Below the pieces are notes generated by a model. It made no database searches and was not told the origin of the DNA. It worked only from the letters and a program-made list of their open reading frames with translations. Position numbers and translations under genes: made by a program. From positions 1 to 38,596 of the IMG/VR virus record IMGVR_UViG_3300032257_000052: DNA of 38,596 nucleotides, one strand, 5' to 3'. Positions 19,112 through 28,239 of this stretch are shown here, piece by piece. This stretch comes from a virus. Taxonomy: Duplodnaviria > Caudoviricetes. The stretch's first letter is position 1. Each line of letters starts with the position of its first letter.

Positions 19112-21112
19112 TCACTTCAAAGCCTCGTCTATCTCGTGCTGTATATGAGGGCTGAGCGCAAATCGACTTTTAAGCTCTTTCAGCGCATTTTCCATTTTTT
19201 TGTACTTCGCAGCCAATACTCTGGTCGAATAAACCTCACCTTCTGCATACACTTCCGGTGGCATTGAATCCCAGCTAGTTACTATTATAGGCTCTGTTTT
19301 CATTTCTTCACCTTTCTGCACTTGCACGGGTCTTTGTAGTAAATACCACTACAACGCTGATAATTCATAATTCTCATGCCTGTTGGGTAGGTAGGGTCGA
19401 TCTTAACCGGTAAATCACAGTATGGAATTATTGGCTTAATCTTTATCTCTTCCCCATTAGCGTAGAGCGGTAAACACAATAGAGCCAGACCGATAATTAA
19501 TGAAGGTAATGCAACGAGTAGATAGCCGGTTTCTTTTTTCATGTCTTTGTTTCCTCGCATATTTTAATTATACTCTTTTTCGCTAACTTCTTTGATTGTG
19601 TCATTTATTGTTTTATTTTTTGCATATCGCTCAAAAGATTTTAATTGTAAGGTTAATAATTCGCGTAAGTCTTGAACGTCTTCTGGCGTCAACTTATTAG
19701 GAACTTGCAAAATTGCAGGGCCATTAGCTAAGTTTGTCATGGTCTTCATTTATTACTGTTTCCTCGTATATTTTAATTATTAGCAATATATGCCCAACCG
19801 CTAGGACTTTCTTTTCTACTTAAAGTCTCTCCGTTTTCCTTTATCCATCGCCAGCCTTTTCTAAACCCTTTAGGGCTCTGTCCTTTTTTTGGCTTTTTGT
19901 AATTAACTCTTTTTGCAAACATTGTATATTCACCAAGGTAATCATCGCATTTAATTAGTAAAATAACGTTTTCTGGTGGCTCTCCGGTCTGATATACAAT
20001 ATTTGAGTTAAAGTCTTGTGGGTTCATTTGCTTAGTACCTTTATGAAGTCTTCTTTTGCCGTGTCATAGGCAATTCTCATATCTGATGTAAAAACATAAT
20101 CATTAATCTCGCCACTTGGAAGGCTTAATTCTCTAACCTTCTCGATAAGCTCAGCCTTTAGGGTGGCTATAGTCTGCTGGTGTTCGGCTTCTGTGTAAGT
20201 TTCAGGGCCGCCTCCCTTGCATCGCCTTACAAGACCTTCCCCGCAATCATTCCTATCACAACCGCGCTGCTGATAACATCTGTGACCATAATTAGCTTGT
20301 CCGTTACTCATTTCTGTTTCTCCCACTCAATTAAATACGATTCACTTATGTTATTACCTTATATGGTGCGCTTATTAGTTGCCTGGCCTTGTGTTATTTG
20401 TTTAAGGCTTTCTTTCCATCGCTTGTCACTCGGTAATATTCATCTGGAACAAATGATTTCTTACCAGCAGATTCCATTAATCCGCCTTCGCACAGTTTGT
20501 CCATATCTTTGCTTCCGCCGCAGAATATTCCATTTTTAATGGTGTGCTCAATTATTGCTTTTTGCTCATTATTTAATTCCATCATCTACCCCTTGCCTTT
20601 AGTTGTTGCATTCAAGATATTTAGTTTTTAGGCCGCAATCACCAGTATCAAGCCTAATAAATCTGTATATTCTCTTTACAGAATTATCCTTATTAATTAA
20701 CGTCCAACCGTCTGGCACATTTTCAGTTACCGGTATTTCCTTTCTTTCTGTTTCATAATCTGATTCCCAGCCCATACATTCAGACCCGATGCAATTGTGA
20801 GTATAAAGCCCATCAACTTTCACTCTTTGGGCTCCAATAATACAGTGCTTTGTTTTTGCTTCTTCTTCTTTCATTGCTTAACCCGCCTTACTTGTTTGTT
20901 ACTGTATATTTATTTATTCTTCATAATCACAACCTACAACCATGCAGCGTCCGGTATATAAATGAATTGTTTTTCGGTTACACTGTGGGCAAATCCCCGC
21001 ATCTTCACCGCCGGCTTGCTGTTCAGGTGTACAGTTTTGTGTTTTTAGTAGCTCACTATATCTTTCTGGGTCACCGCCACTATCACGCCAGCATCTTTCA
21101 CATGCACTCATC
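19112..21112 (-). other. Cluster of small hypothetical ORFs (nin-like region): 19112, 19300, 19564, 19773, 20024, 20394, 20599, 20914
   Basis: Tightly packed co-oriented 60-100 aa ORFs with RBSs; no functions recognised. Confidence 0.6.
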
Positions 21113-21124
21113 TTATTTCGCCTA

Positions 21125-21568
21125 TTAATGGTTAAACCGTGAAGGCCAAGGGATTGATATTCCAAACTTCTCAGCCGTTAACCTGTTTAAATTCTCATAT
21201 ACGAGACTTATTTCTTTAGTCGATAGCTGGGTAGTGCTTACCACTTCACGGCCTTTCTGGTCCGTCTTGATTTTATTTGGGTACATTGCCCGTACAATAG
21301 GCTTTACCATGTATTCCTTGACTGTTTCAGGCGTGAAATCAACCTTTACAGTGATAGTGGTCCCTACATCATATCCGCCGTCATTCAGCGCTGTAGATAG
21401 CTCTCCCATATACTGGTGTAAGCATCCGTTCTGTGTATTGGTCCGCTTCTTATCAGCAATGTCAAAGCTGACTACATCACCTTCTTTGCGCCCAGCCGTG
21501 TAGTTGAGAGTATCTTGGTCAGCAGGGACCCATTCAAGGCAATCAGATAATTTAAAAGAAAGCTTCAC
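21125..21568 (-). CDS. NinB/DUF1367-like recombination-associated protein
   Basis: KRTNTQNGCLHQYMGELS and STTQLSTKEIS motifs. Confidence 0.55.
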   Translation of the reverse strand: MKLSFKLSDCLEWVPADQDTLNYTAGRKEGDVVSFDIADKKRTNTQNGCLHQYMGELSTALNDGGYDVGTTITVKVDFTPETVKEYMVKPIVRAMYPNKIKTDQKGREVVSTTQLSTKEISLVYENLNRLTAEKFGISIPWPSRFNH

Positions 21569-21783
21569 TCTTCCTCCCAGCGATAACTTTCCGCCAAAAC
21601 TAAATCCAGTAAATCAGAATAATTCAATGGATCGGTTTCTGGGTCAGTTATCCACCACTCATGGTTACGATAAAATATCTCAATATCATCCTGGATGAAC
21701 GCAAATCCACCCTTTGGATCGTTTACCGGGCTAAATCCATAGCCAACCATTGCGGCACAGTGTTGTATTGATTGGTTAATCAC
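21565..21783 (-). CDS. Hypothetical protein
   Basis: 72 aa ORF overlapping the next start. Confidence 0.45.
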   Translation of the reverse strand: MINQSIQHCAAMVGYGFSPVNDPKGGFAFIQDDIEIFYRNHEWWITDPETDPLNYSDLLDLVLAESYRWEEE

Positions 21784-21799
21784 TGGCTATCACTTTGAT

Positions 21800-21940
21800 T
21801 CATAAGTTAAACAACTTCTTAATCTTTTCCTTGATTATTCTATGGATTACTTTTGGTGCAAATATTCCACGAACCTCCTTTAATCCTGCTGCGTCTTTCT
21901 TTGCTCTGAACTTGATTGATGCTTCTGTGTTTTTATTCAT
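21800..21940 (-). CDS. Small basic putative DNA-binding protein (46 aa, not in the ORF track), leaderless
   Basis: MNKNTEASIKFRAKKDAAGLKEVRGIFAPKVIHRIIKEKIKKLFNL; ATG 6 nt after TATAAT. Confidence 0.55.
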   Translation of the reverse strand: MNKNTEASIKFRAKKDAAGLKEVRGIFAPKVIHRIIKEKIKKLFNL

Positions 21941-21946
21941 GTTTCT

Positions 21947-21974
21947 ATTATATGCCTTGCGCGCAAGTAATCAA
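21947..21974 (-). promoter_or_regulatory. Sigma70-like promoter TTGATT-16-TATAAT with palindrome CTTGCGCGCAAG in the spacer
   Basis: Perfect 12-bp palindrome at 21956-21967 between the -35 and -10 boxes. Confidence 0.6.
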
Positions 21975-22137
21975 GCTATTTACTGCTTTGCTGACAAACG
22001 GTTACTTATAAAACATCGCTATCAATCTATCTAAATAAGCTATAGCCTCGCTTTGCTTCTCGAATGTTATGTTGTTGACCGGCTTTTTATTTACGCCCTG
22101 GATTTGCCAGCCTTTAGCTACTTTGGTTATTTCATAT

Positions 22138-22836
22138 TTAGGCTCCATGATTGGCGTGAAATCCATACTCTTGTTCGGCCATTTTTCTGGCAATAACCGC
22201 ATCATTTTTATTTTTAAATGATCCAATGAACCTGCACTCTCCATTTATGGTTATTTGAGCCTCCCACTTGCTTTTATTTTTTCTAAAGCGTACGCCAGTG
22301 AATCCAGATGTGTTTGATTTGTTGATTTTTCTATTTCTCTGGTTCTCAGGCATTGTCACATCACGTAAGTTTTCAAACCTATTGTCATCACGTACATGAT
22401 TTATGTGGTCAATCTGACCTTTAGGCCATTCACCAGTCATATAAAGCCATGCTAAACGATGAGCCATATATCGACGATGGTCTATTGAGATTCTTTTATA
22501 TCCATCACTCCCTTTGCACCCACCAATACTAAGTTTTTTTACGCTCTTTAAGCTAATCTTCCATAAAAAAATACCGCTTTCGCTGTTATATTCAATACAG
22601 TGTTTTAAGCGTTTTTGAGTCAGATACTTTGTTTTGTATTTATTAATATGAAGAGAGTCGCAAATTCTCCCTGCTTTTATAGTTTCCGCTCTAACAAGAT
22701 ATTCATTTCCTGTTTCTAAAAAGCAAATGAATATTTTTATAGGGGAGATATAGCAAGTAACAACGAAGCAACCGTGATTGTTTGAATTATGAAGTGTGTT
22801 TGGTCGTATATCATGTGGTATATTGCGCTTACGCAT
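22138..22836 (-). CDS. HNH homing endonuclease with C-terminal AP2 domain
   Basis: AHRLAWLYMTGEWP..QIDHINH.RDDNRFENLR; NTSGFTGV...KWEAQI.ING...IGSF. Confidence 0.9.
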   Translation of the reverse strand: MRKRNIPHDIRPNTLHNSNNHGCFVVTCYISPIKIFICFLETGNEYLVRAETIKAGRICDSLHINKYKTKYLTQKRLKHCIEYNSESGIFLWKISLKSVKKLSIGGCKGSDGYKRISIDHRRYMAHRLAWLYMTGEWPKGQIDHINHVRDDNRFENLRDVTMPENQRNRKINKSNTSGFTGVRFRKNKSKWEAQITINGECRFIGSFKNKNDAVIARKMAEQEYGFHANHGA

Positions 22837-22944
22837 TAGCTTACCTTTTTAAGTTAATGTTAGGTGAGGGGCGTTCGTAGCGCCCTTATGCCGATTATAA
22901 CATATCTGGCTCTATTGTGTATACCTACTTGGCTTTTGCTGGTT

Positions 22945-23367
22945 TCACTCTAAAAGCTCTGGGTTTTCGTAAGTATTCCCAATTATGGTTAACCGCTTTT
23001 CAACATCCTTATTGTTTATTCCCCAAAATCCGTCTTTATCGAATAGAGAAAATTTGAATTTATCCACGTCAAACCTAATAACAAAAACACCACTATTTTC
23101 ATCATCAAATTCATATCTTGCAATATCCTCCTCAAAACCGTCCTTCCCGTTCTTATCCGTTATTCCTGTGAACTGACCTACTGTTTCAGGCCGTACCTTG
23201 ATAAATTTTTCAGTTGGTGTTGAAATTGCTCCGAACGGCATAATGGTTTTTTCTTTAATCCATGACGAATACTCCCCGTCCACTTTGTTAGGCTTTGATT
23301 GGATTAAATCACCATAAACCCACTTGCCATCAAAAGCCCTTCTCGCTCTAAATTTAATATCTTGCAT
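22945..23367 (-). CDS. YopX-family protein
   Basis: IKFRA...WVYGDL, ETVGQFTGITDKNGK..FEEDI, IIGNTYENPELL. Confidence 0.9.
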   Translation of the reverse strand: MQDIKFRARRAFDGKWVYGDLIQSKPNKVDGEYSSWIKEKTIMPFGAISTPTEKFIKVRPETVGQFTGITDKNGKDGFEEDIARYEFDDENSGVFVIRFDVDKFKFSLFDKDGFWGINNKDVEKRLTIIGNTYENPELLE

Positions 23368-23391
23368 TGTATTACCCTCTGTTAGTTGTTG

Positions 23392-23667
23392 TTAATCACC
23401 GTCTACAGTGTCGTTCTTTTTCATTTCATTAACTAACATTTCAGATACATATTTAGCTAATACATCAGCAGCATCCTCTCTAGTTTTCATTACTATTTTC
23501 CCAACTTCTTTGGTCACTCCACCAACCAAAGGCGCGATTGCTGCATAAGTACAAACGTCAATTTTTTCAAACTCTTTACGATATAACTCAGGTATCTCAA
23601 TGCAAGCTCCAAAACTTTCATATTGACCTCGCAATCTAACTATTAATTCTAATTCCATAATATTCAC
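23392..23667 (-). CDS. Hypothetical protein
   Basis: ORF track, co-oriented with neighbours. Confidence 0.5.
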   Translation of the reverse strand: MNIMELELIVRLRGQYESFGACIEIPELYRKEFEKIDVCTYAAIAPLVGGVTKEVGKIVMKTREDAADVLAKYVSEMLVNEMKKNDTVDGD

Positions 23668-23669
23668 CT

Positions 23670-23894
23670 TTAGTTGTTGTTTAACCAGCTAATTTTAAAT
23701 CCTTTGTACCATGCGTATGTGTAGAAAAAGCAAAGTACAAATATTCCCCACTGTTCAGCCGTATAAGCGCTGTAAAACCAGAATGGCTGTCCAACTAATC
23801 CGAATATGCACGCATACCGCCTTAATCTCGAATCTTTATCCTGAGATAGCCATATTGCTATTACTCCGGTTAGTGCAATCATTATCTGTTCCAT
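23670..23894 (-). CDS. Small membrane protein (about 3 TM, half-PnuC-like)
   Basis: Hydrophobic segments; FGLVGQPFWFY...QWG...FFY...W.KG pattern. Confidence 0.55.
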   Translation of the reverse strand: MEQIMIALTGVIAIWLSQDKDSRLRRYACIFGLVGQPFWFYSAYTAEQWGIFVLCFFYTYAWYKGFKISWLNNN

Positions 23895-23924
23895 GCTTGC
23901 CCTCTTATTTAATGTGAGTTAAAT

Positions 23925-25202
23925 CTAACTTGGATTGTTTGCATACGATCTATGGTCGTAGTCTTCTATTCGCATAAATTGCTGCAACCAAACAGTGTTT
24001 ACCTTGCCTATTTGCCCATGCCTGTTTTTGCAGACGTTTATTTCCATCACGCCTTTATCGTTTGTATCATGGTTATAAACCTCATCACGATATAGCGTCA
24101 TAATCACATCGGCTTCTTTTTCTATTTCTGAGCTGTTCGCCAGATGCCCCATACTGGGCCTTTTATCGCCCAATTTCTCGACATCACGGTTGACCTGCGC
24201 CAATGCTATTATTGGTATGTTTAAATCCCTGGCCAGCTCTTTTAAAGCCCCTACAACGTTGCCTACCTGCTCCCATTTAGCGATTCTCTGGTCTGTCCAC
24301 TTAATACGCTGAATGTAGTCAATATATAACGCCTTAATCCCGTGTTGATGCTTCCACTTTCTGGCCTGCCTGATTAATTCAAGAATATTTATCCCGGATT
24401 TATCGTTAATCCAGATATTTCTGTTTGCTAACCGGCCCATTGCGCTAGTTAGTTTTGAATATCCAAAATCATCAATATTGCCGTTTCTCATGTCTTGCGC
24501 ATTAACCTTGCCGTTTATCGCTATTAATCTAAGTCCGATCTGTACCGCTGGCTGTTCTGTGCTGATTAAACCGCTCGGCTCGTCGTGTGCATCGAGTAGA
24601 TTTAATAAGAAAGCCGTTTTACCCATTGCCGGTCGCGCACCAACTACATACAAATCAGACTCGTGTAAGCCCCCTAGTATGTCGTCAAGCTGTTTAATGC
24701 CCGTTGGTATGCCTGTGATGCCTTCGTGCTCACTAGCGGCTTCTATTGCCGTTACAGCATGGCTTAAAGCCTGCTTTATCGTGTGCTCATACTGAGAACC
24801 GGTTTTATTTAGCTCCATTAGCTCTTTAACGGCTAAATCGAGCGATTCTTGGTCAAGATCAATTTTTGCTAATAACTCACTGCATATTGATTTTGCTTTG
24901 CGATTCCTGCTGGCTGTCTTTACCTGTTCAGCATGGGCGGCTAAATTATTAACACCCATCGCGTCTGATTGAGCTTGACCGGTGATAGCTACCCACGGAT
25001 TGCCAGGGTTTGATTTCTCAAGCTCAGTTGATACCGTGAATAAATCAATCACCTTGCTGGCTAAAAACATATCTAGCATGGTTTGATAGATTAATTTCAA
25101 TGACTCGATTTCAAAATCATCAGCCAGTAAATCAATATTATCTAGCTCAGATGGGTTTTTTAATATCGTGCCAATTACCGTTTGCTCGTAGTTTGCTTTC
25201 AT
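23925..25202 (-). CDS. dnaB: Replicative DNA helicase, DnaB-like
   Basis: GIPTG...LD, GARPAMGKT, IDYIQ, LAQVNR, SSEIEKEAD, KNRHG. ATG at 25202 overlaps the stop of the upstream gene. Confidence 0.95.
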   Translation of the reverse strand: MKANYEQTVIGTILKNPSELDNIDLLADDFEIESLKLIYQTMLDMFLASKVIDLFTVSTELEKSNPGNPWVAITGQAQSDAMGVNNLAAHAEQVKTASRNRKAKSICSELLAKIDLDQESLDLAVKELMELNKTGSQYEHTIKQALSHAVTAIEAASEHEGITGIPTGIKQLDDILGGLHESDLYVVGARPAMGKTAFLLNLLDAHDEPSGLISTEQPAVQIGLRLIAINGKVNAQDMRNGNIDDFGYSKLTSAMGRLANRNIWINDKSGINILELIRQARKWKHQHGIKALYIDYIQRIKWTDQRIAKWEQVGNVVGALKELARDLNIPIIALAQVNRDVEKLGDKRPSMGHLANSSEIEKEADVIMTLYRDEVYNHDTNDKGVMEINVCKNRHGQIGKVNTVWLQQFMRIEDYDHRSYANNPS

Positions 25203-25849
25203 CGTGAACCTAACTCCCAGTTTGGTGATGTTGTTTGGTTTGGTTGGGTTTTTGTTTCTCGTGCTTGCCAACTTCTAACCGCTGCTTTCCAGTCTTTCAT
25301 TTTTGTTTTCCCAACCATCCAGCCGTTTGATACGTAGTAGTTAATAAAAGATTCTGCATTAACAGAATATCCTTTGCTTAAAATATATTCACTCACTTCT
25401 GATTTAGAAGGTTTTGCAAAGACGGTCCCTTTCTTTTTATTAACCTTATTATCATTATTAACCTTATTGTTTGTGTTCAGTTGCTGTTCAGTTGCTGTTC
25501 GTTTGCTGTTCAGTTGCTGTTCACTATCTTGATGCTTGTCGTAGTTACAGATCGTTATGACGCGGTATTGGCTGTTCGTTTGTTGTTCAATTTGTCCCTC
25601 TATTTCAAACAGTTTTAGAAGTCTTTGAATTTTGCTTTCTGAGATATTTGTTGCTTTTGAAAGTGATTTTCTACCAGTTAAAAGGCTGCCCCGTGGTATA
25701 ATAATTACATTGTTACCACGCATAACCTTGCCTTCTTTATGGTTGGCAGATAGTAGAATATACAGCCACAAGTGAACGGCTTGAGAGTCCTGGAATACAG
25801 GGGAATCTATAAATTTTCGATGAAGCTTAACCCAGCCATTATTCGACAT
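25199..25849 (-). CDS. Phage replication initiator (lambda O-like)
   Basis: GWVKLHRK N-terminus with HTH, internal iterons, C-terminal F..YY.SNGWMVGK.KMKDWKAAVRSW; upstream of dnaB. Confidence 0.85.
   Translation of the reverse strand: MSNNGWVKLHRKFIDSPVFQDSQAVHLWLYILLSANHKEGKVMRGNNVIIIPRGSLLTGRKSLSKATNISESKIQRLLKLFEIEGQIEQQTNSQYRVITICNYDKHQDSEQQLNSKRTATEQQLNTNNKVNNDNKVNKKKGTVFAKPSKSEVSEYILSKGYSVNAESFINYYVSNGWMVGKTKMKDWKAAVRSWQARETKTQPNQTTSPNWELGSR
25440..25590. repeat. Replication origin: 11-bp iterons TGTTC(AG/GT)TTGC x4 plus partial copies and an AT-rich tract
   Basis: Tandem units at 25474, 25485, 25496 and 25507, a partial at 25518, more at about 25573; TTAACCTTATT repeats adjacent. 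Confidence 0.8.
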
Positions 25850-26057
25850 CTGGAAGACTCGCGGTGCAGTTTATATAGATAGTTTTTCCGACCGTGAACT
25901 GGCCTAAATTGTATTTACAGCGATAGTTTCTTGAATAGTGGGCACAGACTAATGGATCATCTTTATTGCGGCACTCACAGCCTTTGATTGGGCTTACAGT
26001 GTCTTTCATGATTAGATAAGATTTAACCAGTAACTGGCCTAATTTTTCTCTGTTCAT
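25839..26057 (-). CDS. Hypothetical Cys-rich protein
   Basis: 72 aa ORF preceded by the linker motif. Confidence 0.45.
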   Translation of the reverse strand: MNREKLGQLLVKSYLIMKDTVSPIKGCECRNKDDPLVCAHYSRNYRCKYNLGQFTVGKTIYINCTASLPDVE

Positions 26058-26087
26058 AATATTTACCTATCGTGCTCTATATACGGG

Positions 26088-26261
26088 TTATTTAACGGTT
26101 TCAGGCCATCCGCTTTGCAATTCATCAGCTGCATTTTCAAAAATAGCCGCTAGTTTCTTTGCGTCAGATTCATTTTGGAGACCGATGTCAATTTTTGTGC
26201 CCCAATATTCAACAGACACATCTAGGTATTCTTTGCTAACTTTTCTTATTTTTATTTCCAT
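26088..26261 (-). CDS. Hypothetical protein (57 aa, not in the ORF track)
   Basis: MEIKIRKVSKEYLDVSVEYWG...; flanked on both sides by the linker motif. Confidence 0.6.
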   Translation of the reverse strand: MEIKIRKVSKEYLDVSVEYWGTKIDIGLQNESDAKKLAAIFENAADELQSGWPETVK

Positions 26262-26290
26262 CTTTATTTCCTCTTGTGGTCTATACGGGG

Positions 26291-26614
26291 CTAATCTAAA
26301 AAACTAGCTATTTCTGCAAATACGCAAATTTGCTTTTTATTAAACATAAGAATATTGTCATTTAATGGGCCGCCTATGCAGTAAATAATATTATAAATAC
26401 TTCTATGTGAGGCTTTGTAAGACTTGAGAGCTATCTCAGCCTCTTCTATTTTTAATGCTTGCGTGACTATTAACTTGTCTTTGTTATCGGTACACGGCTC
26501 CCATGCAGCCTTATATGCATGAAATCTTAAGTCTCTTTCTTCTGCACTAATATCATATAAATTTGAATAAGCTATATAATGCTCGAAATCATCGTTTACT
26601 GTATGTTCTTCCAT
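26291..26614 (-). CDS. Hypothetical protein
   Basis: 107 aa, flanked by linker motifs. Confidence 0.6.
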   Translation of the reverse strand: MEEHTVNDDFEHYIAYSNLYDISAEERDLRFHAYKAAWEPCTDNKDKLIVTQALKIEEAEIALKSYKASHRSIYNIIYCIGGPLNDNILMFNKKQICVFAEIASFLD

Positions 26615-26641
26615 CTTTATTTCCTCTTTGCCTATAAGTGG

Positions 26642-26980
26642 TTATAGCTCTTCTATTATCTTGCTAATTGCCAATGTTATTTTTGCGCGTGTTTCTGGAT
26701 TCTGTTTTAGCTCATTAACTCGGCTTTCAAGCTCCCCGCCCATTTTATTTATTAATGTTTTGGCTAATTTCTGGTTTAGAGATTCGCGCAATGATGTCTT
26801 GAAGCCTTTCCCGTTCATCAGAATTGAGAACTCGTCATTTATAAGCTTATATAGCTCTACCTCATTATCGCTTATGACTTTTGAGCATAGATTGCTTAAT
26901 GGCTTATTGTATCCAGTGAGGCTGTCAACGATACTTGCGCCGATTGCTTTGTTAACTTCTTCTAATATTTGTTTTTCCAC
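26642..26980 (-). CDS. Hypothetical protein downstream of structured leader A
   Basis: 112 aa, GTG start, GGAG RBS. Confidence 0.65.
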   Translation of the reverse strand: MEKQILEEVNKAIGASIVDSLTGYNKPLSNLCSKVISDNEVELYKLINDEFSILMNGKGFKTSLRESLNQKLAKTLINKMGGELESRVNELKQNPETRAKITLAISKIIEEL

Positions 26981-26988
26981 AGTAATAT

Positions 26989-27141
26989 CTCCAAATTAAT
27001 TAAAATTAAGGCTTATTGTGCAGAGATTTCGAATAGTGTTATAATTGGGTCTAACGGTTGAGCTGTTGCTCGAAGTGAATACGTTTGTCCCATTGCTTAA
27101 AACTATTCGCTTTAGGTCACCACAACCAAAGCCGTTGTTAA
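26989..27141 (-). ncRNA. Putative structured 5' leader RNA A
   Basis: Nested inverted repeats (CGAATAGT 27030 / ACTATTCG 27102; GAGC/GCTC 27060-27071); homologous to 28099-28239. Confidence 0.5.
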
Positions 27142-27191
27142 ATTATAGGCCATATCCATTAACTTGTATATGGCCTTTTTTATGCTAAACT
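27142..27191. promoter_or_regulatory. Back-to-back promoters around inverted repeat AGGCCATAT/ATATGGCCT
   Basis: Minus-strand TATAAT at 27142-27147; plus-strand TTGTAT-16-TAAACT with TG extension at 27164-27191. Confidence 0.6.
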
Positions 27192-27196
27192 ATTAT

Positions 27197-27255
27197 CTCA
27201 AATCTGACATACCCCTTTGTCAGTGTGATTAAGCCTCGTTTATCGGGGCTTTTTT
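27197..27255 (+). ncRNA. Putative two-hairpin small RNA, copy 1
   Basis: After TGcTAAACT: hairpin CTGACA-tacccctt-TGTCAG, then terminator AAGCCTCG..CGGGGCTTTTTT. Confidence 0.55.
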
Positions 27256-27500
27256 GTACGTATAGACACAACATTATCAGCATCAATACATTCATGTTCT
27301 TCATGGTCTAAAGCTTCGTATTCACACATACCGAAGTAATCGCCCTTTTTATAGAAATAATTCATACTAGGCCCGATCATTTCGCCAGATATTTCCCAGC
27401 CTTTCGATTCTAAATATTCATGCTTTAGCTTTCTCGACATAACTGACATCATTGAGCATTGAAGGTCAATCTCTTCGGCTTCATCTAGTAAATCACTCAT
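27240..27500 (-). CDS. Hypothetical protein
   Basis: 86 aa, GGGGA RBS. Confidence 0.6.
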   Translation of the reverse strand: MSDLLDEAEEIDLQCSMMSVMSRKLKHEYLESKGWEISGEMIGPSMNYFYKKGDYFGMCEYEALDHEEHECIDADNVVSIRTKKPR

Positions 27501-27512
27501 TATCTTTCCCCG

Positions 27513-27680
27513 TTAGACTGTTTCAGCGTTAGCTAAAGTAAATAATTCTTCATATGCGTCAAGTAATGTTGGGTTATTTTGTTTTAACAAAATATATTCT
27601 TCACTTTCCGGATCAAAAAAATCAGCATATATCTCAATTGAATCGCATAATTCTTGTGCCATGTCTTTTGTTAAACTCAT
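27513..27680 (-). CDS. Hypothetical protein (55 aa, not in the ORF track)
   Basis: MSLTKDMAQELCDSIEIYADFF...; preceded by the linker motif. Confidence 0.6.
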   Translation of the reverse strand: MSLTKDMAQELCDSIEIYADFFDPESEEYILLKQNNPTLLDAYEELFTLANAETV

Positions 27681-27710
27681 CTTTATTTCCTCTTGTGGTC
27701 TATAAGTGGG

Positions 27711-28091
27711 TTATTTATAACCATTTAATAATGTATTAATATTATCTTTTAGTTCTTGTTCTTTTAAGCCCTTAATCCTTAAGCTTTCTAAGTTATTACT
27801 TTCGATTATTTCTTTTCTGTGTTTTAGGGCTTTCTCAAAGTCATCAACCCATTTGCCTTTATGCTTCCAGCCATAAGATTCAGTCCATCCAAGTTGTCCA
27901 GATACGGCTCCATATACCTTTATGGAATCCTTTACTGTCCAAGGCATAACGCCTTTTTCCAATAGTTCATTGGTTGGTAGTATCCAAATATTGAATGTTG
28001 GCCCCCTTGCGTGACTGCCTGGAACTAAAAATAGTCTTTCGATTTGTTCTGGTTTATTGAATACTTTACAAAATTCATTTGCGCCATTCAT
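27711..28091 (-). CDS. Hypothetical protein downstream of structured leader B
   Basis: 126 aa, AGGAG RBS. Confidence 0.65.
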   Translation of the reverse strand: MNGANEFCKVFNKPEQIERLFLVPGSHARGPTFNIWILPTNELLEKGVMPWTVKDSIKVYGAVSGQLGWTESYGWKHKGKWVDDFEKALKHRKEIIESNNLESLRIKGLKEQELKDNINTLLNGYK

Positions 28092-28098
28092 AGCTAAA

Positions 28099-28239
28099 CT
28101 CCTAAATTAATTAAAATTCAGGTTACTTGTACGATTAAACAGTGTTTGATAAAATACTTGTATTGGTTGCTCATGGAGCGGTTGAATACGTAAATTAAGC
28201 TTACTGTTTAGCCGGGCTGGTAACCTGACCAATATCTAA
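28099..28239 (-). ncRNA. Putative structured 5' leader RNA B
   Basis: CAGGTTAC 28119 / GTAACCTG 28220; TAAACAGT 28136 / ACTGTTTA 28203; GCTC/GAGC 28169-28179. Confidence 0.5.

Noticed and set aside
22002-22244. 80-aa ORF overlapping the HNH gene
   Set aside because: The 5' half is probably spurious; a shorter ORF from ATG at about 22148 (MEPKYEITK) is more plausible
27010-27133. Leaders A and B as 6S RNA mimics or known self-cleaving ribozymes
   Set aside because: Shorter than 6S RNA and no clear central bubble; I could not find hammerhead, HDV-like or twister cores by eye, so they are left unassigned
26259-27713. Linker repeats as a CRISPR array, solitary type I-F repeats or integron attC sites
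   Set aside because: The intervening sequences are whole ORFs of variable length. The linkers lack a CRISPR hairpin and attC R'/R'' symmetry, and no cas or intI gene is present. The CCGTATAG/TATAGGCA resemblance is too short
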